Source: Limnochordaceae bacterium
Lineage (GTDB): Bacteria; Bacillota; Limnochordia; Limnochordales; DUMU01
Assembly (NCBI GenBank): GCA_014896305.1
Contig: JADBKQ010000012.1
Span: 62,128-126,127 of the forward strand
Length of the DNA: 64,000 nucleotides
Direction: 5' to 3'
Below are positions 29,298 to 38,907 of the stretch, in pieces; the first letter of the stretch is position 1, and each line of letters starts with the position of its first letter. The notes under the pieces were generated by a model. It saw only the letters and a program-made list of their open reading frames with translations, did no database searches and had not been told where the DNA came from. A program made the position numbers and the translations under genes.

Positions 29298-29589
29298 CAG
29301 GACTCCTCGCTGAAGCCGGTGGATGGCAAGAGCAGTCGCACAGCGTCGGCGGAGATCTTGCCGGGGGGGCAAACCACCCGCCGTCCGCCAGTCAACCTGG
29401 ACCGCACGGTGTGGAGCGCGTGGATTCCGACGCCTGCCATTGCATAACAGAAAACCGGGCGAGAATGGCCATCTCCCCTCCTTCGAGTCATCTGGCCCAT
29501 CCGCCCGGTGCTCATCTTCATCTCCGGCCGATCGTGCTGGGGCTGCGCTACTGGCCTTCGCCAACGGTAGCCCTCTGCCGCTGATGTCC

Positions 29590-31812
29590 CTACAACCTGA
29601 ACTGGTTGACGGCGGCACTCAGGTCCCGCGCTAGCTTCGCCAGCTGTTCTGCCGTGGTGGTCATCTCCTGAATCGAGGCGTTCATCTGCTCGGTGGAAGC
29701 GGAAACCTCCTCGCTGGAAGCGGCGTTCTCCTGTGAGACGGCAGCCAGGCTTTCCATGGATGTTCGAACCTCTTGCGTCCGTTCGGCCATGGCTGTCGCA
29801 GCCTCCTGGTTTTGCTGCGAGATGGCCCGGATCGCCTCCGTGCTGGCCCGCACGCTCTTACTGGCCTCCTCGAGGCGACGTGCGAGCTCCACCACCTGGG
29901 CGACTTTCTGACCGGTTTCCTCGGCTCCACTCCGGATCAACTCCAGCGCTTCGCCTGTCTCCCGGACCGTCTTGTTGCCGCTATCCACCTCTTGGGAACC
30001 CACCTGGATGGCTTCGACAGCCCGCTTGATCCCAGCCCGTACGTCTGCAACAATGTGGCCGATCTGTTGCGTTTCGTGAGATGAACGTTCGGCCAAACGT
30101 CGGATCTCCTCGGCCACCACGGCGAACCCCTTGCCTTGCTCGCCCACGCGAGCGGCTTCGATGGCAGCGTTGAGGGCGAGGAGGTTGGTCTGTTCGGCGA
30201 TGGACTGAATCACCTCTAGAATCTCACCGATGGCCTGGGAATGGCCCTCGAGCTCCCGCACCCGGGTGGCCACCTCCTCCGTGCTTTTCTGAATTCGGTC
30301 CATGCTGTTGACCATCCGCCCTACGGCTTCGCTGCCGGCGCTGGCAGTCTCTGCGTTTTGTTCACTGAGGATGCTGACCTCCTCGAGTGCCGACTGGGTC
30401 TGTGCCAGCGCCTGGTCCATACGGTTGGCGTCCTGGACGGTCTGCTCCACCGCCGCCCTTTGGCGGGTGGCCCCCTCAGCCAGCTGGGCAATGCGATCGA
30501 TCAGTTCCTGCACGTTCTGGCTGCTGGTACCTACTACCTTTGTCTGCTCCTGAGCCCCGGCGGCGACCTGGCTCACCGTCTGGGCAATCTGTTGCGTGGC
30601 GGCGGCTGCTTGCTGGCTGCCAGTGGCCAGATTCTGGCTCATCGTCTGAACCTGTTGGGCGGTGCCAGTAACCCGCTCCACAACTTGCCGCAGAGAGGCC
30701 AACATTCGTTGAACTGCCCCGGTCAGAATGGCTACTTCGTCATTCCCTTTGCGGTCGGCCACAGCGACGTCCAGGCGGCCGGCAGCCACCTCCTGGAGCA
30801 CGTGGGTCACCTGCTGCAACGGGTGGGCGATGCGACCTGATACGAAAACGGCCAGGAGGAGGCTGAGAATCAAGAGCAAGCCCAGGGCGACGAAAACGTA
30901 GAGCTGCATCTGGTGCGCCTCGGCCGACAACTCGGCCGAGGGACGGGCCACGAACAAGGTCCAATGGTTGCCGGTGTACGTTCCGTAACCGGTCAAAGGA
31001 GTAAATGCCGCCAGCCAGGGGGCATGGCCGATCTGGATCGTGACAACCCCGTCGTTGCCGGCGTCCGCCTGTTTCAGGGCGGGCTGGATGCCGGCCATGG
31101 CATTGCTCTGGAGAGCGCCGAATCCCGGGATCGTGGTGACATGCTGACCGGCCCGGTTGAGAACAAAGGCGTAGCCGTGCAGGTTCTGGTGCTTGTAGCT
31201 GTCGGTGACCTGGTCGACCAGCTGTTGTAGAGACTGCTGCGACAATTCCGCGGCGAGAACCCCCTGAATCATGCCATCCACCGACCAAACCGGGACAGCG
31301 ATGACAAGGGTCGGTTTACCACTGACCGGGCTGCTGGCCAGATCCTGCACGACCTCCTGTCCACCCATGGCCGACTGAAACCAGGTGGCGCTGGCCAGAT
31401 TGGTGGTGACAGCGGCGCCCTCACTGACGATGGGATTCCCCCCAGCGTCGAGCAGGTAGGCCGCGACAATCCCATTGTCGAGCGCCGAACGGACCGCTTT
31501 GGCTTTGATCTCTGGAGCTACATCGGGGCGCTGCATCGTTTCCAGCGTCGTGAGGTTACGGATGTCGCTCAGCCGTTCACTGATGAACTGGTCAAGTCGG
31601 TCGCCGAGCTCCTTGGCCTGAACCAGCATACTGGCCTGCATCTGCTGCACCACCGCTCGGTTGGTCAAAGAGCTGGCCAAGAAAGAGAGGGCTGCCGCCG
31701 GCCCCAGAGCGAGGACCACAAACCAGAGCAGTAACTGCAATCGCAAGCCGCGAAACTGCTCCCGCAGGCTGATATGCGTGTGGAACTGGGGATGTACTGG
31801 GTGCAATCTCAC
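29590..31812 (-). CDS. methyl-accepting chemotaxis protein (dCache-like sensor, HAMP, MA domain)
   Basis: It has two TM segments flanking an about 270-aa periplasmic domain, then HAMP ([21 protein letters not shown]) and the conserved signalling hairpin [41 protein letters not shown] 31812 follows AAGGAAGGA. Confidence 0.9.
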   Translation of the reverse strand: MRLHPVHPQFHTHISLREQFRGLRLQLLLWFVVLALGPAAALSFLASSLTNRAVVQQMQASMLVQAKELGDRLDQFISERLSDIRNLTTLETMQRPDVAPEIKAKAVRSALDNGIVAAYLLDAGGNPIVSEGAAVTTNLASATWFQSAMGGQEVVQDLASSPVSGKPTLVIAVPVWSVDGMIQGVLAAELSQQSLQQLVDQVTDSYKHQNLHGYAFVLNRAGQHVTTIPGFGALQSNAMAGIQPALKQADAGNDGVVTIQIGHAPWLAAFTPLTGYGTYTGNHWTLFVARPSAELSAEAHQMQLYVFVALGLLLILSLLLAVFVSGRIAHPLQQVTHVLQEVAAGRLDVAVADRKGNDEVAILTGAVQRMLASLRQVVERVTGTAQQVQTMSQNLATGSQQAAAATQQIAQTVSQVAAGAQEQTKVVGTSSQNVQELIDRIAQLAEGATRQRAAVEQTVQDANRMDQALAQTQSALEEVSILSEQNAETASAGSEAVGRMVNSMDRIQKSTEEVATRVRELEGHSQAIGEILEVIQSIAEQTNLLALNAAIEAARVGEQGKGFAVVAEEIRRLAERSSHETQQIGHIVADVRAGIKRAVEAIQVGSQEVDSGNKTVRETGEALELIRSGAEETGQKVAQVVELARRLEEASKSVRASTEAIRAISQQNQEAATAMAERTQEVRTSMESLAAVSQENAASSEEVSASTEQMNASIQEMTTTAEQLAKLARDLSAAVNQFRL

Positions 31813-32210
31813 AGGGCATCCTTCCTTGGTTGACGTGATCAGAGTCAAAGGGGGCTCCTTCAGGGTATCGGCGTCTGCCTGCCGAATCTGAAGGAACCCG
31901 CTGGCAAATGCCCTGCTACTTTGCTCTTACCCCCACGCTCTTACCCGTTCACAGCTCCCGCCGTCAGCCCCGAGATCAGTTGGCTCTGCAAGAAGAGAAA
32001 CAAACAGGAGCAAAATGAGCACCTGCCCCACCATGAGCGGGTGCGCCTGGATGGTCCAGCTGGCCGGCGAAGCAGGAAAGAGTCGGCAAGTGGCGAACCC
32101 AACGACCGGTCGTGGCCCACTTCATCCAAACCGCCGGGGCCATGACGGCAGCAGACTGGTCGGTGAGGACAGCCGAGGGCGGTGCAACGAGAAAGGAAGA
32201 GTCAACGTCC

Positions 32211-33053
32211 ATGCGAATCGGGTTTGTCGACTACAAGCTCAATAACTTTCACACGAACACGTATCTGAAGTTGTTGCGGGGCGAGTTGAAGGGGCTGGGT
32301 GCCGTGGCGGCCGCTGCCTGGGGAATGGACGAGGAGTCCTCTCGCCAGTGGGCGGCAGAGAACCAGGTGCCGTGGTATGATTCTGCGCGGGCAGTGGCCG
32401 ACGCGGTCGATGGCGTCATGATCCTGTCGCCGGACAATCAAGAGTACCATCGGTCTCTGGCAGAGCAAGTGTTCCCGGCCGGCAAGCCTACCTTTATCGA
32501 CAAGACCTTTGCCACCTCGGTGGCGGATGGCGAGGCGATCTTCGCCATGGCCCACCAGCACCGGGTAAAGATCTTTTCGACCTCTGCCCTTCGCTTCACG
32601 CCGGCGTTCACTGACTATTTGGCCAGCCCCGATGCGGCCGGGCTTTTTGATCTGGCCATGGAAGGGCCGGCGACGTGGGAAAAGTATGCGGTGCACCAGG
32701 TAGAGCCCTTGGTCGCCGCGTTCGGCCCTCAATTGCGGCGGGTGCGGGCAACCCAGCACGACCCGAAGCTGGTCCGGGTGGATCTGGAGTGGAAGGATGG
32801 ACGAACGGGCCATATTACAGTGAATGGATACGGCTGGATTCCTTTCCGCCTGGTGGCAACCACCCCCTCCGGAGCAAAAGTCCTGGATATGAACGACGGC
32901 ACGTTTTACACCCGCCAACTCGAGCACATCATCGCTTTCTTCCGGGATGGGCAGCCGCCGGTGCCCGAAGAGCAAACGCTGGCTGTCGCCTGGGTTCTGG
33001 AGAATGTCCCCCGTTCATTGGCACAAGGAGGGGCCTGGGTTGAACGCGGGTAG
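32211..33053 (+). CDS. Gfo/Idh/MocA-like oxidoreductase
   Basis: MRIGFVDYKLNNFHTNTY..., AVDGVMILSPDNQEYHRSLAEQVFPAGKPTFIDKTFA (Rossmann N-domain of the family, degenerate GxGxxG). ATG 32211 follows GAAAGGAAGAG. Confidence 0.6.
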   Translation: MRIGFVDYKLNNFHTNTYLKLLRGELKGLGAVAAAAWGMDEESSRQWAAENQVPWYDSARAVADAVDGVMILSPDNQEYHRSLAEQVFPAGKPTFIDKTFATSVADGEAIFAMAHQHRVKIFSTSALRFTPAFTDYLASPDAAGLFDLAMEGPATWEKYAVHQVEPLVAAFGPQLRRVRATQHDPKLVRVDLEWKDGRTGHITVNGYGWIPFRLVATTPSGAKVLDMNDGTFYTRQLEHIIAFFRDGQPPVPEEQTLAVAWVLENVPRSLAQGGAWVERG

Positions 33054-33140
33054 CCCCGGTGAAGAATATAGACGCCCAATGCCTGAAGAAAAGGCATCGC
33101 TAAGCCAGGTGACAGGCTGAGGCAAGCTGAAGCCAATGGA

Positions 33141-33190
33141 AGGCTCGCACGTCTGGAGTTCTGTAGAACGGTCCAGGTTGGTGCGAGCCT
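33141..33190 (+). other. 50-nt extended hairpin between the oxidoreductase gene and the Mur-ligase gene
   Basis: AGGCTCGCAC-GT-CTGGA-GTTCT-GT-AGAAC-GG-TCCAG-GTTG-GTGCGAGCCT. It forms about 20 paired positions in three stacked helices and has no U-tract. Confidence 0.6.
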
Positions 33191-33295
33191 GTTGCTAATG
33201 TACTCGTTTACAGCAGGAAAATTCATCACTCGGCGAGGATAGGCTAGCAGACCCAAGCCTTCGTCGAGGCCGGCCGGGACCAAGGAGGACATGGG

Positions 33296-35005
33296 GTGCG
33301 ACTAGCAGATGTGTTGGCAGGAGTCGAGGCGCGACCGACAGACGTACGCAGTGGGCAGCCCCAGGGGACCGGCTTGCCTGCGGCCCAGGGTGGGCCAACG
33401 GTGCAGGATGTGGCGGACCTGGAGATCCGCGCGGTCACGGCGGACTCCCGTCAGGTACAGCCGGGTACGTTGTTTGTTGCCGTGCGCGGCACCCATCTGG
33501 ATGGCAATCAATTTCTAGCGGCTGCAGCCCAGGCGGGGGCGGCGGCAGCCCTGACCGACCTGCCGGAACGGACCGGTTGGCTGGAGGTCAACGGTCATCG
33601 CTGTCCCGTGCTGCCGGTAGCCGATGCCCGCAGGGCATTGGCATGGGCGGCAGCCAATTTCTATGGCCGCCCCGCCCAGCACCTGCAAGTCGTCGGAGTC
33701 ACCGGCACGCTAGGCAAGACCAGTGTCTCCCACCTCCTATTTGCCATACTGGCACAGGCAGGCGTTGAATGGCGACCAGGCCTCATCGGCTCCCTCGGGA
33801 TCCGCTGGGCCGATGTCTACAGGCCTTCCCCGTTGACGACTCCGGATGCGCTCACGTTGCAAAAGACCCTGGACGAGATGGTCCGGGCGAAGGTGCGAGT
33901 CCCGATTTTGGAGGTTTCTTCTCACGCGCAGCTGCAGCAGCGGGTGGAAGGCATCTCGTTTGCCGCTGCCGCCCTGTTGTGCCTGGTGCCTGGCGAGCAT
34001 GCGGATATCCATCCAGACTTTGCGCACTATGTGCAAGTCAAAGCGAAAATCTTGGCAGAACTGCAACAAGGTGCTCCTTTCGTGTACAACCTGGGTGACC
34101 CTCGGGTCGCACGATTGTTGCGCTCGTCTGCGAGATCCGGTGTGCTGGGCGACCTGCGCCATCCCGAGCAGTGGCCGTACGTACCGGTAGGGTATCAAGG
34201 GTTGGACGCAATTTCGCTGGTGGCGAATCCGTGGCTGACTCCTGAGGCCAAGAGCGCAGGTGCCGCCGGCAAGTCGGCAGAGTGGGACGGCCTGCTGACC
34301 GCCCACGGTCTGGTACAATTGCGTGAACCAGAGTTGACTCAAAACGGCAGTCGCTTTCGCATCGTGTCGGCTGCCCCACTCTGGACGGTGAACCGTAACT
34401 GGCGTGATCCGGTAGATTTCGTCTGTTCGCTGCCGCTGCTGGGATTGCACAACGTGGCCAATGCCATGGCCGCCGTCGCTACCGCTTTGACCCTGGGGGT
34501 GTCGCCCGAGGCGATCCAGGCAGGGCTGGCCCAGGCAAAACCCTTTCGACGCCGGATGGAAGTGATCCATCGTGGGGAATTTACGGTGATCGACGATACG
34601 ACGGGTCACCCCGCCAGCTTTGCTGCCCTCTTCCATGTGGTACGGCTGTGGCACCCCCGGCGAGTGTTGTTGCTGACCTCGGTGCGGGGGCAGAGGGGGG
34701 TGGCCATCAACCGGGCGAATGCCCTGGCAGTGGCTCAGGGGGTAGCAACGCTGCCAGTGGCGCACCTAGTGGTGACGGCAGCCTACGATTGCCCCAGCCC
34801 GCAACACCATCCTACCCCGGAGGAGACGGCGGCGTTCATCGACACGTTGCGCGGTCAGAGTGTGAAGTATGAGTTTGCTCCCGATCTGGTGGGGGCCCTC
34901 CGAAGGCTACTGGACCGGGTTCGGCCGGGTGATCTGGTGTTGCTGGCCGGCACGCAGAACCTCGACCAGGCCGCCCCCTTATTACAGCAACTCATCCAAG
35001 CCTAG
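33296..35005 (+). CDS. Mur ligase family protein, MurE-like but with degenerate substrate motifs
   Basis: MurE-like N-domain (AVTADSRQVQPGTLFVAVRGTHLDGNQF), P-loop GVTGTLGKTS, TTPDA, EVSSHA and GLHNVANAMAA. However, TNLxxDHLDYH is replaced by CLVPGEHADIHPDF, and there is no DNPR motif. Confidence 0.65.
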   Translation: MRLADVLAGVEARPTDVRSGQPQGTGLPAAQGGPTVQDVADLEIRAVTADSRQVQPGTLFVAVRGTHLDGNQFLAAAAQAGAAAALTDLPERTGWLEVNGHRCPVLPVADARRALAWAAANFYGRPAQHLQVVGVTGTLGKTSVSHLLFAILAQAGVEWRPGLIGSLGIRWADVYRPSPLTTPDALTLQKTLDEMVRAKVRVPILEVSSHAQLQQRVEGISFAAAALLCLVPGEHADIHPDFAHYVQVKAKILAELQQGAPFVYNLGDPRVARLLRSSARSGVLGDLRHPEQWPYVPVGYQGLDAISLVANPWLTPEAKSAGAAGKSAEWDGLLTAHGLVQLREPELTQNGSRFRIVSAAPLWTVNRNWRDPVDFVCSLPLLGLHNVANAMAAVATALTLGVSPEAIQAGLAQAKPFRRRMEVIHRGEFTVIDDTTGHPASFAALFHVVRLWHPRRVLLLTSVRGQRGVAINRANALAVAQGVATLPVAHLVVTAAYDCPSPQHHPTPEETAAFIDTLRGQSVKYEFAPDLVGALRRLLDRVRPGDLVLLAGTQNLDQAAPLLQQLIQA

Positions 35006-36426
35006 CGGCCGGCCGCTGCCGGGCTAAGCTCATCCTCTCGGAGATCGTCGTCGTCGCCCCTGCCAGGGGTCGTCTTGCGGTCGAGTTCTGTGGGATGAGA
35101 TTCCAGCTGCGGCAGCACCAAATCGCTGGTGTCGGATGTGGAGGAGGGCTGCTCCAAGGTTAGCTGCACCCGGCGAATGGCCCGCTCCCGCACCTCCACG
35201 GCGCGCAGTTGTAGAGGGCCAATACGAACCAGATCGCCGGTCCTGGGCAGGCGGCCCAGCCGGTCCACCATGAGACCGGAGACGGTGACGACGCCTTCGT
35301 CGGGCAGGTCCAGATCCAGCTCACGGTTGAGGCGGCGGACGGGGAGTTCACCGGAGAACTCATATCGCTGGGGCCCGACTTGCTTAATCTCGTCCACGTT
35401 GCCGGTTAACGCCGGGCGGTCGCCCGGGATATCCCCAAGAACTTCGCCAATCAGGTCGTGGAAGGTCACCAGACCAGAGGTTGTGCCATACTCGTCTACG
35501 GCCACGGCCATGCTGCAGCCGGTCTGCCGCATCTGTTCGAGCAGACGACGCACCTTCATGGTCTCGGGAACGGTAAGAATGGGCCGAACCAGCGTGGCGA
35601 TGGAGTCATGATCCCGCCCGGCCAACAGGGCCTGTAGGATATCCTGCCCGTAGACGACGCCGATCAGGTTGTCCGGGTCCTGGTCGTGAACCGGCAGTTT
35701 GGACAACTGATGCTGGCTCAGAAGGTTCGCAGCCTGTTCCACGGTGGCGGTGCGAGGCACACGCACGATCCGTTGACGAGGAAGAAGGATCTGGGAGACG
35801 GTGGTCTCTTCCAGTTCCACCACGCCGGAGAGCATGTCTTCCTGCTCTTCGTCAAGCGCGCCGGACTCTGCGCCCAGCGAAACCAGGGCTTTAATCTCAT
35901 CGAGGGTGATTTTAGGCTCGTGTCCCAGGCTGCCGCTATTCGTTCCCCGGGGGAACAGCAGGCGGATGACAAAGCGGCTGAGTGCGGAGTATGTCTGCAC
36001 CAGGGGGGCAAACACCACCATGACCAGCCTCACGAAGGGCAACACCCTAGGTGCGAACCGGTCAGCTCCATACACTGCCAAGGACTTCGGGAGAACCTCT
36101 CCGAAGGTGAGGATGAGCAGGGTCAAGGTGACGGTAGCGATCTCCGGACCGGCGTGTCCGAACCAGGCAATGGCCAGTTCTGTACCGAGCGCCGTCGCCG
36201 CGATGTTGACCAGATTGTTGCCAATGAGAATGGCACTGATGAAACGGTCGGGATGGCTCAGGAGCCGTTGCAGCCGAGTCGCAGCCGGATCCCCTTTGTC
36301 TGCCCGCTCGTGCAAGCGCAAGCGGTTGACGCTCATCAGCGCAGTTTCCGAAGCGGAGAAGAATCCTGACAGGAAAAGCAAGACCACGAGGAAGAGGAGT
36401 GAACGTAACGGAACCCCGTCTAACAC
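35002..36426 (-). CDS. CNNM/CorB-type hemolysin-family protein (DUF21 + CBS pair + CorC_HlyC)
   Basis: LSGFFSASETALMSVNRLRL.., ILIGNNLVNIAA.., a CBS pair and C-terminal VTVSGLMVDRLGRLPRTGD. GTG 36426 follows AGGAGGGG. Confidence 0.85.
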   Translation of the reverse strand: MLDGVPLRSLLFLVVLLFLSGFFSASETALMSVNRLRLHERADKGDPAATRLQRLLSHPDRFISAILIGNNLVNIAATALGTELAIAWFGHAGPEIATVTLTLLILTFGEVLPKSLAVYGADRFAPRVLPFVRLVMVVFAPLVQTYSALSRFVIRLLFPRGTNSGSLGHEPKITLDEIKALVSLGAESGALDEEQEDMLSGVVELEETTVSQILLPRQRIVRVPRTATVEQAANLLSQHQLSKLPVHDQDPDNLIGVVYGQDILQALLAGRDHDSIATLVRPILTVPETMKVRRLLEQMRQTGCSMAVAVDEYGTTSGLVTFHDLIGEVLGDIPGDRPALTGNVDEIKQVGPQRYEFSGELPVRRLNRELDLDLPDEGVVTVSGLMVDRLGRLPRTGDLVRIGPLQLRAVEVRERAIRRVQLTLEQPSSTSDTSDLVLPQLESHPTELDRKTTPGRGDDDDLREDELSPAAAGR

Positions 36427-36682
36427 GGGATATCCCCTCCTGTCTCTCACCGCAGCCGCCGCCGGTTACCGGCATTCTATGAGAAGGGGCCGCCAGGTAG
36501 TCGACACTGAGTGTTTCTGGTTTCTACAAAAATATCATAGCTCCTGTCTAGGGTTGGGGCAAGGCCGAGGGAGGGCCGCCGGCAGGCGACCAAGTCTACC
36601 GAAAACCACCGGGGTCTGAAGCTGCCCCTGAATCTGATCCAGACAGCCCAGACCCCGGCTGAGCCAGCGCCATCGGATTGGC

Positions 36683-36913
36683 TCAGTCAGACGTGGAAGT
36701 GGAAGAGGAAGCCGACTGGTGCGATCCGTGATGGACGGGCTTGGCTACATCAGGCGCACCAACCCCCGGAGCGGCGAAGTGGTACCGTCCAAACAGCTCT
36801 TTCAAATCGTCTCCGCCGCAATGGGGGCAGCGCGTCTCCTGTTTCTGGCTAAACGGCACTTGTACAGAAAACTCGGTGTGGCAATGCACACACCGAAACT
36901 CGTAACTGGGCAC
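36683..36913 (-). CDS. FmdB-family zinc-ribbon protein
   Basis: (V)PSYEFRCVHCHTEFSVQVPFSQKQETRCPHCGG is the CxxC...CxxC FmdB signature. GTG 36913 follows GGGAGGTG. Confidence 0.7.
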   Translation of the reverse strand: MPSYEFRCVHCHTEFSVQVPFSQKQETRCPHCGGDDLKELFGRYHFAAPGVGAPDVAKPVHHGSHQSASSSTSTSD

Positions 36914-36990
36914 GGATCCATGCACCTCCCAGGAACGCAGTATAGCGTTGTCCAGCTTCCGCGGCAAGCCAGGCCGGCCGGCCCGGATCG

Positions 36991-38505
36991 TTAGTCTGGC
37001 AAACCGGGAGGCGGACTCGTACTGGCTGGCCCCCGCTGCCTACGGTGGACCGCCGGAACAGGGCTGGAACGGGTTCGCTGCCACCAATCGTGCAACAGGC
37101 GGCGGAGCTGGTCAGGTGTATTCAGGGAGGGGTCGTCTAACACTTGTTCCAGCAGGTACCGTAAAGCCGCACCTACCATTGGGCCTGGTCCGACCCCCAA
37201 CTCTGCCATCACCTGGCGTCCGTCCAGGCACAAGTCTTGCGTCCGGAAGGCTTTTTGCTCGTGCAAGACCTCATCCAGAAGGTCTTCCAGGCGGTCAATG
37301 AACGGATTGGGCTCGTCGGGTGAGACGCCGCTTGCAATGTTGTCGGCTCGCCGCAGGGCCAACAGATCGCGAATCCATCGTTCGCCGTACTGCCCCAACC
37401 AGCGTCTGAGGGCTTTTTTGCCAACATCAGTGCCGTCCACCATGTGCATGCGGATCAAAGAAGCAAGGCGATCGGCCTGCGAGCGGGGTAGCCGCAGGCT
37501 CGCAGCGATCCTGCTCGCCATCTCGGCGCCCAGCGTGTCATGACAGTAGAAGTGGACCTGGCCGTCAGGGCTCATGGTGGCTGTCGCCGGCTTGGCAATG
37601 TCGTGCAGGAGAGCTGCCAGCCTCAGAATCGGGTCAGGAGGCACATTTTGCACGGCACGGATCAAATGGTCCAGCAGCGTAGGGACGCCCGGCTTGTCTT
37701 GGGGAAAATGGTGCGTGGCAGCCAGCTCGGGAATGATCCGGAAGAGTAGATCCAGGTCCTGGAGCTCCCACAGCCCCCACTGCGGATCCGGAGCAGCCAG
37801 CAGTCGCAAAAACTCGTCGCGAATCCGTTCCCGGCTCAGGTATTCGACCTGGGGCGCGTGCCGGCGAATAGCCGTACGCGTTTTCGACTCCAGGCGGAAG
37901 TGGTAAGGACGTAGTTCGGTGGCAAGGCGCACCGCTCGCAACAGGCGCAGCGCGTCTTCGTCGAAGCGCTGGTCGGGGTTGCCCACCGCCCGGATCAGCC
38001 GGCGTTCCAGGTCCTGCCGGCCGTGAACGGGGTCGACCAGTACCTCGGCCCACGGGTCGTAGGCAATGGCATTGATCGTAAAGTCGCGCCGGGCAAGATC
38101 TTCTTCTACGGAGTCACTGAACACAACCTTTTCCGGGTGACGAAGATCCCGAGAGCCCATTTCTTTGCGGTATGTGGTTACCTGCACGGGCTCATGGCGA
38201 TCCGGTTCACCGGCGAAGACAGTGACCGTGCCATAGGCGACCCCCGTCGGGACGCAGTGTACAAAGAGTGGCAGAACCTGTTCCGGCCGGGCATTGGTGG
38301 CTACATCCCAGTCATGGGGGGGCCGGCCCAGGAGACGGTCGCGTACACAGCCGCCGACGAGATGAGCTTTATAGCCGGCTGCGTGAAGTCGCCGGAGAAC
38401 ATCCTGGACTTGAGGGGGCAAGGGAGCAAGAGCCCCTCCGAATGAGCCATCCGTACTGGAATGAAGCGGTGGAGGTAGCACCCCGGTCTCCTCTCCGGCG
38501 ATCAT
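36991..38505 (-). CDS. cca: CCA-adding tRNA nucleotidyltransferase (with HD domain)
   Basis: HLVGGCVRDRLLGRPPHDWDVATNARPEQV (PolyA_pol head), RDFTINA, and HD region LLHDIAKP. Confidence 0.85.
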   Translation of the reverse strand: MIAGEETGVLPPPLHSSTDGSFGGALAPLPPQVQDVLRRLHAAGYKAHLVGGCVRDRLLGRPPHDWDVATNARPEQVLPLFVHCVPTGVAYGTVTVFAGEPDRHEPVQVTTYRKEMGSRDLRHPEKVVFSDSVEEDLARRDFTINAIAYDPWAEVLVDPVHGRQDLERRLIRAVGNPDQRFDEDALRLLRAVRLATELRPYHFRLESKTRTAIRRHAPQVEYLSRERIRDEFLRLLAAPDPQWGLWELQDLDLLFRIIPELAATHHFPQDKPGVPTLLDHLIRAVQNVPPDPILRLAALLHDIAKPATATMSPDGQVHFYCHDTLGAEMASRIAASLRLPRSQADRLASLIRMHMVDGTDVGKKALRRWLGQYGERWIRDLLALRRADNIASGVSPDEPNPFIDRLEDLLDEVLHEQKAFRTQDLCLDGRQVMAELGVGPGPMVGAALRYLLEQVLDDPSLNTPDQLRRLLHDWWQRTRSSPVPAVHRRQRGPASTSPPPGLPD

Positions 38506-38627
38506 CTGGCTGAAAGCCCCCTGCCGCCATTGTAACCAAAGGCTAGTCTGGGCACAAATGGTTGATCGAACGATGAAGGTGCCTGGCGTGCAGCCTGGTA
38601 GCTGGCGGACGGGAGCCGGGGACGATC

Positions 38628-38641
38628 GTGATAAATATCAC
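38628..38641. promoter_or_regulatory. Rex-type box 1 upstream of hyd operon (GTGAT-AAAT-ATCAC)
   Basis: tcGTGATAAATATCACaa has a GTGA-N6-TCAC core with a TCACAA right arm. It lies in an AT-richer patch of the 400-bp leader. Confidence 0.4.
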
Positions 38642-38721
38642 AATTTCTTTCCTGGCAAAGCCGCCGATGTGCGAAGAGGAGTTGCAAGATCCCGTTTTGG
38701 AGGGTATGATATCCACGTCAA

Positions 38722-38735
38722 GTGATACTGATCAC
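38722..38735. promoter_or_regulatory. Rex-type box 2 upstream of hyd operon (GTGAT-ACTG-ATCAC)
   Basis: aaGTGATACTGATCACaa has the same arms as box 1 and lies 94 bp downstream of it. Confidence 0.4.
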
Positions 38736-38864
38736 AATAGAAATCTGGGCGATTTACCAAACGGAAGGACGGACTCAAGGACGAAATGCTGGTCCGGACA
38801 CAAGTCCTGCCGGCCCGGGAGCGGCCTATACGGTACAGCTGTCAGGTACGGAAGATCATGGATC

Positions 38865-38879
38865 TGTGAAAGTCTTCAC
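38865..38879. promoter_or_regulatory. Rex-type box 3 upstream of hyd operon (TGTGAA-AGTC-TTCAC)
   Basis: cTGTGAAAGTCTTCACga matches TTGTGAAnnnnTTCACAA at 12 of 14 positions. It lies about 30 nt upstream of ATG 38908. Confidence 0.5.
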
Positions 38880-38907
38880 GAAGATCAAACAGTAGGAGGG
38901 AGATCGA

